DNA of 64,000 nt from positions 3,296,001-3,360,000 of the forward strand of contig OZ251518.1 in NCBI GenBank assembly GCA_965242965.1. The letters run 5' to 3'. The DNA comes from Candidatus Poribacteria bacterium (lineage in GTDB: Bacteria; Poribacteria; WGA-4E; WGA-3G). Position 1 is the stretch's first letter. Each line of letters starts with the position of its first letter. Below, in pieces: positions 62,461 to 64,000 of this stretch. The position numbers and the translations under genes are program-made. The notes under the pieces were generated by a model that saw nothing but the letters and a program-made list of their open reading frames with translations, was not told the DNA's origin and ran no database searches.

Positions 62461-62922
62461 ATGAAACAGGTTGCTGCTGTCTTGATGACACTCCTCCGAG
62501 TCGCCCTCGGCATAATTCTCCTCTTCTCCGGCATCGCCAAACTTGATGGCTTCGGCACTTTCGTTGCAGCGGTTGAGAGCTATCATATTTTACCAGCGGT
62601 GCTGCTCCGCCCCGCGAGTTACCTGCTCCTATCGGCAGAGATAACGTTGGGGCTAGCGTTGTGTATCGGCTATCGGCTATCAGGGGCTGGCGTAGTAGCA
62701 TCGCTGTTGTTCCTCTGCTTTGCAACGGCACTCGCATCGGTGCTGTGGCGGCAGCTGCCGCTCTCCTCGTGCGGATGCGAGAATGTGCTGTTTGAATGGC
62801 TGTCGCTTTCGCAAGCACCAACGTGGCAAGTAGTTTTCATTGACGGCATTTTCGCTGCCGCGAGTCTGTTCATCGCTTTCTCCCAAGAACAAGGATATAC
62901 CGTTGCATCTTTCGTCAAATGA
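62461..62922 (+). CDS. MauE/DoxX family membrane protein
   Basis: RVALGIILLFSGIAKL, EITLGLAL, CGC motif. Confidence 0.88.
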   Translation: MKQVAAVLMTLLRVALGIILLFSGIAKLDGFGTFVAAVESYHILPAVLLRPASYLLLSAEITLGLALCIGYRLSGAGVVASLLFLCFATALASVLWRQLPLSSCGCENVLFEWLSLSQAPTWQVVFIDGIFAAASLFIAFSQEQGYTVASFVK

Positions 62923-63044
62923 TTGTTGTGCTGGCGCAAACCGTTCTGTTCTGTCTCGCAACACAGATTCACTTACCAGAAAGATTCAGCACAAAAACGT
63001 AGAGATCGACAACGTCGATATCGGATAAACGGAGAGAGACACCG

Positions 63045-63515
63045 TTGCACCAGAAATCCCTATCAAACGCCTTGCGAAATACGAAAATCATTGTTCCCGC
63101 GCTGTTTCTCCTCGCCATCCTCACTATCTTGGTGAACAATCGGCGTGAAGGAAACAACGTCAATGCCGTTCCGAAACCTTTCGCTGAACTGAGCACGGAC
63201 TTATGCGATTTCGGAGATATCCTACCCGACACAACGCATAAACAGCAGGTAACCCTCTCCGTAAATGTGCCGATGGATACCGACAAGATCCGCCTGATGC
63301 CGACACACCACCCCGCGTTGACATGGAAACGCGCGCCGACATCAGAGGGCAACTTCCTCATCACTATTCAGTTGGGACTGCTGAAAGAACTAGGCATTTT
63401 TTCAGCGTTACTTACGGTGGCTTTCCCGAATGAACGCACCCTGACACTCCCTGTCACCACTCGTGTGGTGGTGCCCGTGACAGGGCAATTCAAGCACGCT
63501 CCGAAAAACCGGTAG
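63045..63515 (+). pseudogene. Possible degenerate Ig-like (DUF1573-type) gene, uncertain
   Basis: TM segment then DFGDI..; stop supplied by a REP GTAG; weak start. Confidence 0.35.
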
Positions 63516-63790
63516 GAGAGCCCTCCCGGTCTCGATGCCTCCGCGAACGTCCGATGGCGCGCCGTAGGAGAGTCAGACCGCCTCACCTCTGTAGGTCAGG
63601 ATCGCCTGATCCTGACCCGTTCGGGAGCGGGCGCTCCCGAACTACAGAGTTATGAAACACCGTCCTGTTCCCGTAGCGCGGGGGCCTGTCCCCCGCGAAT
63701 GTGAAGAAACCGTCCTGTTCCCGTAGCGCGGGGGCCTGTCCCCCGCGATCGTGGCATGGCGAGGGACAGGCCCTCGCCCTACGGTAACGG
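63510..63790. repeat. REP-like cluster
   Basis: Same GTAG hairpin families, including a TTATGAAACACC end motif. Confidence 0.85.
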
Positions 63791-63805
63791 GGAGCATTTT
63801 TCGGT

Positions 63806-64000
63806 CTACGCGAGGAGAGGCGGCAATTCCCCAACCAACCGCACCGTCTCTTCACTAACGTGCATCACTTGCCCCACCAACCGAACAATATATTGCGCAT
63901 CCGAACCATTCGGATCGGAGACAATACCACTCCCATTCGGATCGGGTTTGACGCGATACCTATCAATAAGCCACTCTAATGCCGAACGAGTGCCTAAACG
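63806..64000 (-). CDS. C-terminus of a Type ISP restriction-modification enzyme (partial, not in the ORF track)
   Basis: Manual translation RLGTRSALEWLIDRYRVKPDPNGSGIVSDPN..YIVRLVGQVMHVSEETVRLVGELPPLLA* matches the typical Type ISP C-terminal pattern. Confidence 0.8.
   Translation of the reverse strand, partial: RLGTRSALEWLIDRYRVKPDPNGSGIVSDPNGSDAQYIVRLVGQVMHVSEETVRLVGELPPLLA

Overview
This 64 kb window is bacterial, GC about 55-60%. It is inferred to be Candidatus Poribacteria-like, from PhyH dioxygenases, a sulfatase, an FGE-domain lipoprotein, a cohesin/dockerin protein ending in LLNYPNPFNPETWIPYQL, and five secreted proteins ending in a V.P..KL..TWG.LK tail. Housekeeping genes are tsaD-tsaC, hslVU, rplM-rpsI, purA, tRNA-Lys and tRNA-Glu. 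Intergenic DNA is largely filled by several families of GTAG-hairpin (REP-like) repeats. Most notable observations: (1) six tandem TTGACA-N17-TAnnAT promoters (30028-30501) point into about 900 nt of hairpin-dense sequence with no convincing CDS and + strand G-U pairs, a candidate large ncRNA or giant leader; (2) two unrelated DNA methyltransferase genes are each out of frame at the same TGAA-G8-TC motif and would be restored by G7, suggesting phase variation; (3) mosaic REP clusters are packaged between GAGGGTGTTTCATAA inverted ends, some with 8-10 bp target-site duplications; (4) the same repeats sit in-frame inside at least six protein genes and supply several stop codons; (5) a cobalamin riboswitch heads a three-gene operon with no recognisable BtuB/BtuFCD. 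All calls are made by eye from the sequence; no database searches were run.
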